Shown here: positions 18,201-26,458 of the stretch, one piece after another
Numbering within the stretch: the stretch's first letter is position 1
How the letters are laid out: every line of letters begins with the position of its first letter
Source of the DNA: an uncultured candidatus Porisulfidus sp.
Lineage (GTDB): Bacteria; Pseudomonadota; Gammaproteobacteria; Poriferisulfidales; Poriferisulfidaceae
NCBI GenBank assembly: GCA_965116025.1
Contig: OZ220480.1
Coordinates: forward strand, 1,184,001 to 1,248,000
Length of the DNA stretch: 64,000 bases
Direction: 5' to 3'
The notes under the pieces: model-generated
Seen by the model: only the letters and a program-made list of their open reading frames with translations
Databases searched by the model: none
What the model was told of the DNA's origin: nothing
Program-made: the position numbers and the translations under genes

Positions 18201-20248
18201 AGTTCCTGCCACCCCTCTCCCATGGAGCTGGCGCTCAGCCAGCGCTCTGGGTCCACGTTGGGCGGGATTAATACTGGACAGACGATGTAGCCTCGCTCCT
18301 TGCCCGGCGCGGAGCGCATGACTCGGCCAACGGCCTGAATGACGTCTATAGGGCTTTTCCTTGGCTCTAGGAAGGCCACCGCGCTCAACGACGGAGAATC
18401 GGTGCCTTCACCGAAAATGCCTACGTTGATGACCCCATGCGGAGCTGTGGCGTTGGCTTGGGCCAGCCGTAATTTTTCGTTCTCCCGGGCCGCCACGTTG
18501 CTGCTGGCGTCCAAATGCTCAAGCGTGTATCGCGTGGCCTCCTGTTTCCGCCCGTCGGCGAGCAGCCAGCGCCGCAGCCAATCCCTCACGGCGCCCGTTT
18601 GCAAGTCTTTCGCCATATTTTTGGATTTGTCCACGGTGTTCATGAACGCGATGCAGGACTTAATCGTCACGCGTTCCTTGTCGCCAGGAACGGACGTGGC
18701 TCCTCCCATCGCGAGAGTGAAGGCGAGTCCCTTGAGATAGTGGGCGGTGGTCAGGGCGTTCCTTCCTTTGCTCTCGGTTTTCTTCGCGAGTTGATTGGCT
18801 TGCTTGAACGCGTCCTCATCGTTGATCCCCAGCGCGATGATTCGGTAGTCGGCGAGCCAGCCGTTTCTCACGGTCTCCACGTAGCTCTTGCGATACAGTT
18901 CCACGCCAAAAATAGTTTCATCATCCATGGTGCGAACTATCCAGTCGCCGTCTTTCGATGGCTTGCTGGCGTCATAAACGCGAGGCGTGGCGGTTTGGTA
19001 GATCCGGTAGATGGTCGGGAACGCTTCGTTGTCGTGGCACAGCGTGAATTCGCGCAACCGCTTTTCTTCCTCGGCGCTCGCGTTGGCGTTCCCATTCTTC
19101 TTCTTGCGGCGCAGGCCAGCGGTGCGGTGCGCCTCGTCCGCGATGAGAACCTTGATCGTCGCGCCAGATTTCTCGAGGGCGTCCGCGATGTTTCGCCCGC
19201 TTTGGTAGGTGCCGAAAATCACGCTGATTCGATCGCTTTTCCTGCCTTCCGCTATCCAGCCCGCGATTTCATCCGGATTCGTGGTGACGTGCCCGATCAC
19301 CTCCGATTCGCTTACGAAACTGTAGTCTCGCGTCGGATCATCAACGGCGTTCCTAGCTCCCTCCCGCTTGGGGTCGAATCCGGCCGTTTTGTCGGAACAT
19401 ACGGCGAGAGGACGGAGTTTGATCCGCGCATGCTGAAGATACTCCCGCCGGATTTGCGCGACCAGCGCGATCGACGGGCAGAGAACGACGGACAGTTCGC
19501 CCAGCGCGGTCAGTTCCTCGACGATTCGCAGGGAGATGCGCGTCTTGCCGGTGCCGCATGGCAGGATGATCTTTCCTCGGGCTTGGCCTTTGGGCAGTCC
19601 GCCGCTGTCCGATTTCTCGTGCGCCCTTAGAATGCGCGCGCTTTCGCTAACGGCCTCGCGTTGCATGCAGGTTTTGGTTCGCTTCGGCGGTTCGCTCGTC
19701 TGGTCCGGATCAGCAGGCACGCCGCGCGAACGAGTCTCGCTGGCCGATGTATCGGGGCCTAGCGCGTCATGCTGCCGCTGCAGATCATTGGTGATAAGGA
19801 CCGTTTTTATGGGCTTGTCGGCCATCAGCAGGTTTTGCTGGACATTGGCGGATAGCGGGGTGTTGCCGTTGGTGACGAGCCAGCGCTCCGCCCAAAAATC
19901 TCCAGATGACGCGGCGGCGAAACTGTCGATCTCTTGCTTGGGGATGGCTGGGCCTTTTCCTCTCTCATCCAGCATGCGGGCCTTGCACTGGATGGCGATG
20001 CATTCGCCATCGCCACGTTCCGCGACGAGGTCTATGCCGGTATCTTGACGATTGGAGCCAGGAAATCGCGCCTTCCGTTCCGGCCAATCTCCCCATTCAT
20101 GGCATGCGGTGATGTCCCACTCTTTGATGTGAGGAGCGATGCGGACGGTGATATCTTCAAGCCAGCGCCCGTCGCTAGGGCGGAGACCGCGCTCGGCCAC
20201 CTCGGCGAGCGCTTCCGCGATAATGGCCTTGACGCTCTCATTCTCCAT
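15206..20248 (-). CDS. Single-chain restriction-modification enzyme, Type ISP-like (Mrr-type nuclease + SF2 helicase + amino-methyltransferase + putative TRD)
   Basis: DTGIDLVA..IAIQCK nuclease; LPCGTGKT, DEAHR, TATP, QAVGRVMR helicase; GAYFT, DLACGSGTLL, MNPPF methyltransferase. Confidence 0.85.
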   Translation of the reverse strand: MENESVKAIIAEALAEVAERGLRPSDGRWLEDITVRIAPHIKEWDITACHEWGDWPERKARFPGSNRQDTGIDLVAERGDGECIAIQCKARMLDERGKGPAIPKQEIDSFAAASSGDFWAERWLVTNGNTPLSANVQQNLLMADKPIKTVLITNDLQRQHDALGPDTSASETRSRGVPADPDQTSEPPKRTKTCMQREAVSESARILRAHEKSDSGGLPKGQARGKIILPCGTGKTRISLRIVEELTALGELSVVLCPSIALVAQIRREYLQHARIKLRPLAVCSDKTAGFDPKREGARNAVDDPTRDYSFVSESEVIGHVTTNPDEIAGWIAEGRKSDRISVIFGTYQSGRNIADALEKSGATIKVLIADEAHRTAGLRRKKKNGNANASAEEEKRLREFTLCHDNEAFPTIYRIYQTATPRVYDASKPSKDGDWIVRTMDDETIFGVELYRKSYVETVRNGWLADYRIIALGINDEDAFKQANQLAKKTESKGRNALTTAHYLKGLAFTLAMGGATSVPGDKERVTIKSCIAFMNTVDKSKNMAKDLQTGAVRDWLRRWLLADGRKQEATRYTLEHLDASSNVAARENEKLRLAQANATAPHGVINVGIFGEGTDSPSLSAVAFLEPRKSPIDVIQAVGRVMRSAPGKERGYIVCPVLIPPNVDPERWLSASSMGEGWQELGEILLALRAHDSRIEDDLSELLRLYLPEAPETQHTLIAIADGATKRIRYRTHAGPPGEAEKAVERVLDGQSAIDKEFSLLPDSTKADALDLALIITGKKNDDGKNEIRIDTVERAKPTSSSKGDRGPVDIGKSKAKAQKMINKSAGRRATVKTKKKHREETTERVAKQLLMLTDMDSEHGHAISMNLLSRSGLAENRVIRDLNILEDSIKEAAHHLRSDGLQPVLDRHFDLNHLKESKREEQADGCVIAALLMMNAAMLHQRIAQSRWIGKIDKLEIIKNDPDIVRLARRTWGRILDRDYKPVLRPAVDVIELIEDTRKLAGLERALRHLTTESARIADTYANLGADHAGPLFNRVMGNQASDGAYFTKPIAGSIVARLALDVCGDMDWTDETVLRSRKIVDLACGSGTLLAAVLAEMKRRAKARDASEEQIARLQRLAVEDTLKGLDINPISLQLAAAQLTTGHKEIRYQRMGLHLMPYGPDGELSLQVFAGTLELLGRRGISPRSSELALMEEEIGTNAIWCEDEGVSGQIEDVVREVKNADLIIMNPPFTNRAKMGEKFLKDTQKDLRDRVDLIERKLTASDREMANFGSGNSIGPTFVALADQCLHEDGVLAMINPTITLCATSGLNERWLLARRYHIHTVLTCHQPGQVNMSQNTNINESVIIAKKRADNAADSPSPTRFINLDRLPMDEAEVENLHQCLSHCERGALEHGWGEVFHWPEERIEAGDWSAAAWRSPELAEAASNYASDDTLPSIKAAGFQAHATGQVLRGDFEPAEAGAPGSFPILKSKGADSQMTIRSEPDEYWIPKRRDEQAHEENGGIYPIARKLLQKSGYLLVTAGQDTSTGRLTATASQKAYVGNGWMPVTGLTVTQAKALAVWLNSTVGRLQLMRTPGRKLAFPTYSAKETNSIRIPDVSERRVCRILADCWTKTKSIMVPQFREGDCDVRETWDDAVATAMGWDRQKLARLRALLGKEPHVRGLGYSQYSQHDGG

Positions 20249-20640
20249 CGATTTTTCCGGCTACCGTGGAATGATGTCGGGTCCAAAGGCCATGCTGGAG
20301 AGGGAGGCCATCCGGGATGGCTCATGCGTTTGTCGCGTGATTCTCCCTGCGAGAGGCATTGTACACATCTGGCTGGACGCGTCCGCCAATCGGTGTGGGA
20401 GCGAAGTGGAAATATGGAGAGTGGACCGAGCGAGTCTCGGGAAATTTGGCTGATTCGCGGGTACAGGTGTTTGGACCGTTCCCGTAATGAGGGGCCGGAG
20501 CGCGTGACCCATGGCCTCCCGGAGGAGGAGCCCTCCCACCGAAGGTTGGATGCGCGCGCGTGGTCTGCCAAACGTCGTCAGGTATGGGACTTGCTAGGAA
20601 GCCCTAGCTTCTCGCTGAAAGCCTGAACTGGGGAATCGCG

Positions 20641-21486
20641 CTACTCGATGTTTTGGATCTGCTCGCGCATCTGCTCAATCAGCACTTTGAGCGCGAGTGC
20701 TGTGTTGGTGGTGGCGACATCCGGCGCCTTGGAGGCCAGCGTGTTCGCCTCGCGCGTGAACTCCTGCATCAGGAAGTCCAGTTTCCTGCCCTGCGCGCCC
20801 TTCCCGTCCAGCACCGCCAGGGCCTCCTCAAGGTGACTGTCCAAGCGGGCTAGCTCCTCATCGACATCGGCCCGCATTACTTGAATAGCGATCTCCTCTT
20901 CCAGTCGTTGAGCGTTCACGGACGCCTTCAATTCCTCCAGTCGCGCTTGCCATCGCTCGCGCATGGCTTGTTGGACGGACGGCCTCTGGGACCGTAGCGT
21001 CTCGATATGCCGCCCGACTTCTTTCAACTGCTCGCGCAAGACGCGCGCCAGACGGTCTCCCTCGTCCTGTCGCTGTCGAGCGAACGCCTCCAGAGCCTCT
21101 TCGTACGCGCGCTGGGCCACGGGGGCCAGCGTGGATTCCGACGCGGGAGAGGAGCTCCACGTCGCCGGCAGATCCATCACGCGAGCCGGATCGGAATGAG
21201 GGAACAAGCGCCGGGTCGTGCTGACCAAGCGGCGTAGCTGGACCGGATTTATGGACGCGGGCTTCGAGTCGTCCGTGGCTCGCCGAAAATTGGCGGTCAC
21301 ATCGACCTTTCCTCGGGAACAAACCTCTCGCAACCGCGCGCGCCAAGCGGGTTCCAGCCTGGCGCACTCCCGGGTCAAGTGGAATCCGGGTTGCAGGTAA
21401 CGGTGGTTGACGGACCGGATCTCCACCACCATCTGCCCGCGCCCGGCGTTCGCCTCGGCGCGGGCGAACGCGGTCATGCTGCGCAT
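20641..21486 (-). CDS. yicC: YicC/YloC-family endoribonuclease
   Basis: RSMTAFAR, EIRSVNHRYL, RGKV, DVDEELARL, GRKLDFLMQEF.REANTL.SK, EQMREQIQNIE. Confidence 0.95.
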   Translation of the reverse strand: MRSMTAFARAEANAGRGQMVVEIRSVNHRYLQPGFHLTRECARLEPAWRARLREVCSRGKVDVTANFRRATDDSKPASINPVQLRRLVSTTRRLFPHSDPARVMDLPATWSSSPASESTLAPVAQRAYEEALEAFARQRQDEGDRLARVLREQLKEVGRHIETLRSQRPSVQQAMRERWQARLEELKASVNAQRLEEEIAIQVMRADVDEELARLDSHLEEALAVLDGKGAQGRKLDFLMQEFTREANTLASKAPDVATTNTALALKVLIEQMREQIQNIE

Positions 21487-21525
21487 GCGCCGGAAGGTCG
21501 GCCGCGACAGCGCGGAACGGTTGTA

Positions 21526-22935
21526 TTACAGGCTGTAGTACATGTCGAACTCGACCGGATGGGTGGCGGCCCGCAGGCGGGTAACCTCCTCGCGCTTGAG
21601 TTCGATATAGCCGTCGATGGCATCGTCGTTGAAGACGTCGCCAGCCTTGAGGAAATCGCGGTTGGCATCCAGCTCGTCCAGGGCCTGATCCAGCGCGTGA
21701 CACACGTGCGGGATGCTCGCTTCCTCTTCCGGCGGCAGATCGTACAGGTCCTTGTCCATTGGCTCGCCCGGATCGATCTTGTTGCGGATCCCGTCCAGGC
21801 CGGCCATCAGCATGGCGGCGAAGGTCAGATAGGGGTTTCCGCAGGCATCGCCGAAGCGGACCTCGATGCGGCGCTGCTGTGGGTGCATGACGAACGGGAT
21901 GCGGACGGCCGCCGAGCGGTTGCGCGCGGAATAGGCCAGCAACACCGGCGCCTCGAAGCCCGGAACCAGTCGCTTGTAGCTGTTGGTGGAGGCGTTGGCG
22001 AACGCGTTGAGCGTCCGCGCGTGCTTCAGGATTCCTCCGATGTAGTGCAGGGCCAGGTCCGACATCCCTCCGACTCCGTCGCCAGCGAACAGGTTCTTTC
22101 CATCCTTGCTCAGCGACTGGTGCACGTGCATGCCGTTGCCGTTGTCGCCGACCAAGGGTTTAGGCATGAAGGTCGCGGTCTTGCCGAAGTTGTGCGCGAC
22201 GTTCAGCACCACGTACTTGAGGATCTGATTCATGTCGGCGCGGCGCACGAGAGAATCGAAGCGGGTGCCGATCTCGCACTGTCCGCCGGTCGCCACCTCG
22301 TGATGGTGCACCTCGACTGGCACGTCCATATCCGCCAGCGTCTCGCACATGACGGAACGGATGTCCTGCAGGCTGTCCACGGGCGGCACCGGAAAATACC
22401 CGCCCTTGGGTCCCGGGCGGTGTCCAATATTCTCGTCGAATCCTCCGCGGCCCGAGCTCCAGCTGCCTTCTTCGGATTCGATCTTGTACATGCATCGGTG
22501 CATCTCGTCAGCCCAGCGGACGCCGTCGAAGACGAAGAATTCCGGTTCCGGTCCAAAATACGCGGTGTCGGCGATGCCCGAGGACTTGAGGTATTCCTCG
22601 GCCTTTCTGGCGATGCCGCGGGTGTCTCGCGCGTAGGGGCGCATGGTGGTCGGCTCGATCACGTCGCAACGCAACAGGAGCGTCGTCTCGGTGTAGAAGG
22701 GATCCAGGACCGCGGTGCTTGGGTCCGGCATCAGGATCATGTCCGATTCGTTGATGCCTTTCCAGCCGGCGATCGATGAGCCGTCAAACATTTTTCCGCT
22801 TTCGAAGACATCCTCGTCAATCGTGTCGGCGGGCACGGAGACATGGTGCTCTTTGCCACGGGTGTCGGTGAAACGGAAGTCGACGAAGCGAACTTCTTCC
22901 TCGTCGATGGTTTTCAGGATTTCTTCAGGATTCAT
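21526..22935 (-). CDS. glnA: Glutamine synthetase type I
   Basis: [42 protein letters not shown], adenylylation-site region DLYDLPPE, C-terminal EFDMYYSL. Confidence 0.98.
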   Translation of the reverse strand: MNPEEILKTIDEEEVRFVDFRFTDTRGKEHHVSVPADTIDEDVFESGKMFDGSSIAGWKGINESDMILMPDPSTAVLDPFYTETTLLLRCDVIEPTTMRPYARDTRGIARKAEEYLKSSGIADTAYFGPEPEFFVFDGVRWADEMHRCMYKIESEEGSWSSGRGGFDENIGHRPGPKGGYFPVPPVDSLQDIRSVMCETLADMDVPVEVHHHEVATGGQCEIGTRFDSLVRRADMNQILKYVVLNVAHNFGKTATFMPKPLVGDNGNGMHVHQSLSKDGKNLFAGDGVGGMSDLALHYIGGILKHARTLNAFANASTNSYKRLVPGFEAPVLLAYSARNRSAAVRIPFVMHPQQRRIEVRFGDACGNPYLTFAAMLMAGLDGIRNKIDPGEPMDKDLYDLPPEEEASIPHVCHALDQALDELDANRDFLKAGDVFNDDAIDGYIELKREEVTRLRAATHPVEFDMYYSL

Positions 22936-23359
22936 GGCAAACGCTCCAGAGTGGCTGGTTCAGGTGGCGAGGGATGAGGCGACATCGCCCGCGCGTCCGA
23001 TTTCGTCTCGACGCGGTCCCCTTCCAGAGGCGATTATACATCCGCGACCGATTTTACTGATTAAGACGGCCGCCGCATCGCAGAGGAATCTCCCGGCTTG
23101 AATGAGAGTCGGGGAACCTTCTCGGTTTCGGGAGCTGCCCATACGGCGGTCGCGGTGGCAGTCGAGTCTCCGATGCGCCACTGCACGGCTTCGAACAGGA
23201 TCAGGAGGGCGCTCCATAATTCCGCTATCGATTCAGTCAAGCGGTCCTATCCCGAATTGGAACGTCTTTAAGGCGGACGTGAGAGGCTTTCTCCATTGGG
23301 CTTGTCGCGACCAGGGAGATGGGAAGTTCCTCGGCGCTTCTCTTCTCCCGCCTTCTCTG

Positions 23360-23644
23360 TTACAGGTTCTCCCGTCTATCTTCTAGCATCTCTTCGGCGC
23401 GGACCATTCGCGTCGCCTCTTTGAAGTACTCCAGGAAGCCTTCCGGGTCTAGCCAATAGGAATACAAAGCGGCCACCCGATCATAGTATCGGCATTCCAG
23501 AAACATTCGGAACTCATCCTTGGTCAGATCTTCATGCAAGGCGAGGGTCAGGTTCTGGGCCAAATTCGGCCGGACCGCCAGGATCAGGCGGAGCATGCTG
23601 GATCTTTCTGAAGGGCGGAGCGCGAATTCACGGAGAAGGCGCAA
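23360..23644 (-). CDS. Hypothetical protein (94 aa)
   Basis: TTG start just after GGAGG; protein-like helical composition; no family recognised. Confidence 0.4.
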   Translation of the reverse strand: MRLLREFALRPSERSSMLRLILAVRPNLAQNLTLALHEDLTKDEFRMFLECRYYDRVAALYSYWLDPEGFLEYFKEATRMVRAEEMLEDRRENL

Positions 23645-23737
23645 TGCCTCCGCCGTCGAGAGCGGGGGACGGGAAGGGCTACATGGCCGAGCCCCGCGAT
23701 CAGCCGGGAGGTTTCCGTCGCGCCCGCGCGGAGATCT

Positions 23738-24175
23738 TCAGAGCTCTCCCTTCGCTCGCTGGCCGCAGTAGAAGGCGAGCCCGGACGAGTCCGACGTGAA
23801 CGTGATTTTCGCGCCCTTGTCGAAGTAGACGATATCGCCCACGGTCGCATGGAAAGTCTCGCCACCTTCCTCAGCCAAGGTCATCTCGCCAGAGACGATG
23901 AATTTCACCTCGTTGTACGTATAGGCGTATTCGAGGGGCTCGCTTTTCGTCAGGCGGAACAGGCCGCAGGTCATCGGCGCGTTCTCGCTCGACGTGACGA
24001 TATCGGTCAGCGCGGCCTCAATGTTTTCGATGCCCATGGAGGCCAGTTCCATGCTGGCGGCGCCCTTGTGGGGAGTCATTTTCGCACCGCCATGGCCGTC
24101 GGCGATGGCGGCGCCCGACCCCGCGAGCGCGGCGGAAAGGAGCAGGGAGAGGATCGTTGTATTGAGCGTTCGCAT
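23738..24175 (-). CDS. EutQ-like cupin with N-terminal signal peptide
   Basis: PMTCGLFRL...YAYTYNEVKFIVSGEM...GDIVYFDKG.KITF pattern; hydrophobic leader ending AIA. Confidence 0.7.
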   Translation of the reverse strand: MRTLNTTILSLLLSAALAGSGAAIADGHGGAKMTPHKGAASMELASMGIENIEAALTDIVTSSENAPMTCGLFRLTKSEPLEYAYTYNEVKFIVSGEMTLAEEGGETFHATVGDIVYFDKGAKITFTSDSSGLAFYCGQRAKGEL

Positions 24176-24352
24176 GATGTTTGCCTCGGGTTGTTGTAAT
24201 GAATCGCGCTGGCTTGGAACCATTGCCGATTCGCCAGCCTGCAGTATCATAATGATACCCTGATTCGCGAGATGGACCGTCATGCCGCGCGCCGCGCGGG
24301 TGGGATTCCCAGCGTATCCAGCTTCAACGTCACACCACGGAGGACTCTCGAT

Positions 24353-24922
24353 ATGGCGAGCTATGGACTGAACGACATCAAGCCAGGACTGAAGATCATG
24401 GTCGACGGCGCTCCTCATGAGGTCGTGGACAGCGAGTTCCGCAAGCCTGGCAAGGGACAGGCGTTCACCCGGATGAAGGTGCGGAATCTGCTGACCGGCC
24501 GAACCAATGACAAGACGATCAAGTCTGGGGATGCCGTGGATCCCGCGGACGTGCGGGAAATCCGCGTTCAGTATCTGTACGCGGACGGGGACGCGGCGGT
24601 GTTCATGTCTCCAGAATCCTATGAGCAGTATTCAATCCCCGCCTCCGTGCTGGGCGAGGCGGCCTCGTGGATTCGCGCGCAGGATCTCTGCTCCGTGCTG
24701 CTGTACAACGATCAGCCGGTCAGCCTGACTCCGCCGCAATTCGTGGAGCTGAAAATCGCCGAGACGGATCCCGGGGTGCGTGGCGACACCGCGTCCGGTG
24801 GCGTCAAGCCCGCCACGCTGGAGACGGGCGCGGTCGTGCGCGTGCCGTTGTTCGTCGAGGTTGGCGAGACGATCCGGGTGGACACGCGCGACGGCGCGTA
24901 CGTGTCCCGAGTGCGCGACTGA
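24353..24922 (+). CDS. efp: Elongation factor P
   Basis: KPGKGQAF, PGVRGDTASGG.KPATLETG, VPLFV..GE.I.VDTR; GGAGG RBS. Confidence 0.97.
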   Translation: MASYGLNDIKPGLKIMVDGAPHEVVDSEFRKPGKGQAFTRMKVRNLLTGRTNDKTIKSGDAVDPADVREIRVQYLYADGDAAVFMSPESYEQYSIPASVLGEAASWIRAQDLCSVLLYNDQPVSLTPPQFVELKIAETDPGVRGDTASGGVKPATLETGAVVRVPLFVEVGETIRVDTRDGAYVSRVRD

Positions 24923-24923
24923 T

Positions 24924-25832
24924 CTATTCGGCGGCTTCCCGCGGGGGCGCGGTCTCTGGCAGGAGCAGGGCTTGGCCGTAGGTCACCGCGCCGTCAGGCT
25001 GGATGGCGGCATCCCAACGCCGGTCCTGGTGGGCACTGAGGAACACCACGGTCGAGCCCAAGTGGAAGCGCCCGAGCTCCTCGCCTCGGCGAAGCTCGAC
25101 CTTCAGGGGAGTCTCGCCGTATCGCCAGCGCGTGACCGACCTCCGCCTCGGCGCGACCAAGCCGTGCCAGCTCGTCTCGATGGAGGCCACGTTGACGGCT
25201 CCGACCATGACGATGGCGAAGGGGGCGCCGTCCGGGTCCTCGAACAGGCTCGCCATCCGCTCGTTGCGCGCGTACAGTCTAGGGATGCGCTCGACCGCGT
25301 AGGGGGCGACCGTGAACTGGCGCCCGGGAATATGGAGCATCTCGGTCAGGCGGCCGTCGGTCGGCATGTAGATCCGATGGCAGTCGTTCGGGGAGAGGTA
25401 GATGGTGGCGAAGCGCCCCTGCGCGAACTCGGGATGAGCGCCGCCGAGCAACTCGTCCACGGTGAAAATCCGCCCTTTCGCTTGGATGACGCGTCCGTCC
25501 TCAATCCGGCCGAATTGGCTGATCCGGCCGTCGCAAGGCGCCGCCAGCGCGCTCGGGTCTTCCGGCCAAGGCCGCGCGTCCGCCTTCATGGCGCGGACGA
25601 ACAGGGCGTTCAGGGTGGGGTACGCCTCTGGATCCTCGATTTCCGCGTCCTCCATGCGAAGCTGGAAGAAGGAGACGAACGCGCGGATCAGCAGATTCTT
25701 GACCTTGACGGTCTCGATCCGGGCGAGACCGCCAGCCGCCGCGGACGCCCAGTGGTGTGGAAAGCAAAGGAAGGCCCAGGCCTTGAGGTCGAGCAGGCGC
25801 TTTCCCCAAGAGGATCTGGAGGACGCGCTCAC
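24924..25832 (-). CDS. psd: Phosphatidylserine decarboxylase proenzyme
   Basis: PCDG, QAKG, YLSP.DCHR, RNER, VGAVNV, autocleavage FHLGSTV; GTG start overlaps the SCO stop. Confidence 0.93.
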   Translation of the reverse strand: MSASSRSSWGKRLLDLKAWAFLCFPHHWASAAAGGLARIETVKVKNLLIRAFVSFFQLRMEDAEIEDPEAYPTLNALFVRAMKADARPWPEDPSALAAPCDGRISQFGRIEDGRVIQAKGRIFTVDELLGGAHPEFAQGRFATIYLSPNDCHRIYMPTDGRLTEMLHIPGRQFTVAPYAVERIPRLYARNERMASLFEDPDGAPFAIVMVGAVNVASIETSWHGLVAPRRRSVTRWRYGETPLKVELRRGEELGRFHLGSTVVFLSAHQDRRWDAAIQPDGAVTYGQALLLPETAPPREAAE

Positions 25833-26437
25833 GAGGCACGCCCGATCAGTTTCCGAAGATCCGTGGCGATGGCTTTGGCGTCTAGCGGAGTGGTGAGCAC
25901 TCCAGCGAGTCGCGCCTCGGGGTCGATCAGCCAAGCTCCGCCGCTATGGTCGACGAGATAGCCGGTGGTGAGATCTCGCCTGGAGTGGAACGCGCCGAGC
26001 CGTCGGGCGAGATTAGCGATTTCCTCGGGCTTTCCGGTCGCGCCCACCGTGCCTCGACGGAAGTGGCTCACGTATCGCGCCAGGGTCTCGGGGCTGTCGC
26101 GCTCGGGGTCGACTGAGACGAACACGATCCGAGCGTTTTTCTCATCCAGGATTCGCAGGGCGACGGTCAGCTTCTGCATGGAAGGCGAGCAGATGTCCGG
26201 GCAGTGGGAATAACCGAAGAACAGCAGACTCCAGTGACCAAGAAAATCCTCTCGCTCCAGCGTCTCTCCGTCGTGGCGCGCGAGAGAGAAGGCGGGCAAA
26301 GGGCGAGCCTGGCTTCCAAGCGCGGTGATCGCCTCGTATTCTTCCGTCTCGCTGGAGTTCATCCAGTGGAAATACGCGACCCCGGCGAGAGCGAGGGCCG
26401 GCAGGAGAATGAGCGCGCGCTTCAAGAATCTGTCCAA
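25829..26437 (-). CDS. SCO1/SenC-family copper chaperone
   Basis: N-terminal TM, FFGYSHCPDIC, SVDPERD, VDHS motifs. Confidence 0.93.
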   Translation of the reverse strand: MDRFLKRALILLPALALAGVAYFHWMNSSETEEYEAITALGSQARPLPAFSLARHDGETLEREDFLGHWSLLFFGYSHCPDICSPSMQKLTVALRILDEKNARIVFVSVDPERDSPETLARYVSHFRRGTVGATGKPEEIANLARRLGAFHSRRDLTTGYLVDHSGGAWLIDPEARLAGVLTTPLDAKAIATDLRKLIGRAS

Positions 26438-26458
26438 AAAGCGGAGCGAGTGATTCTA

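Noticed and set aside
20032-20626. ORFs in the RM-yicC gap
   Set aside because: No RBS or motif support, and most overlap the RM gene start; left uncalled
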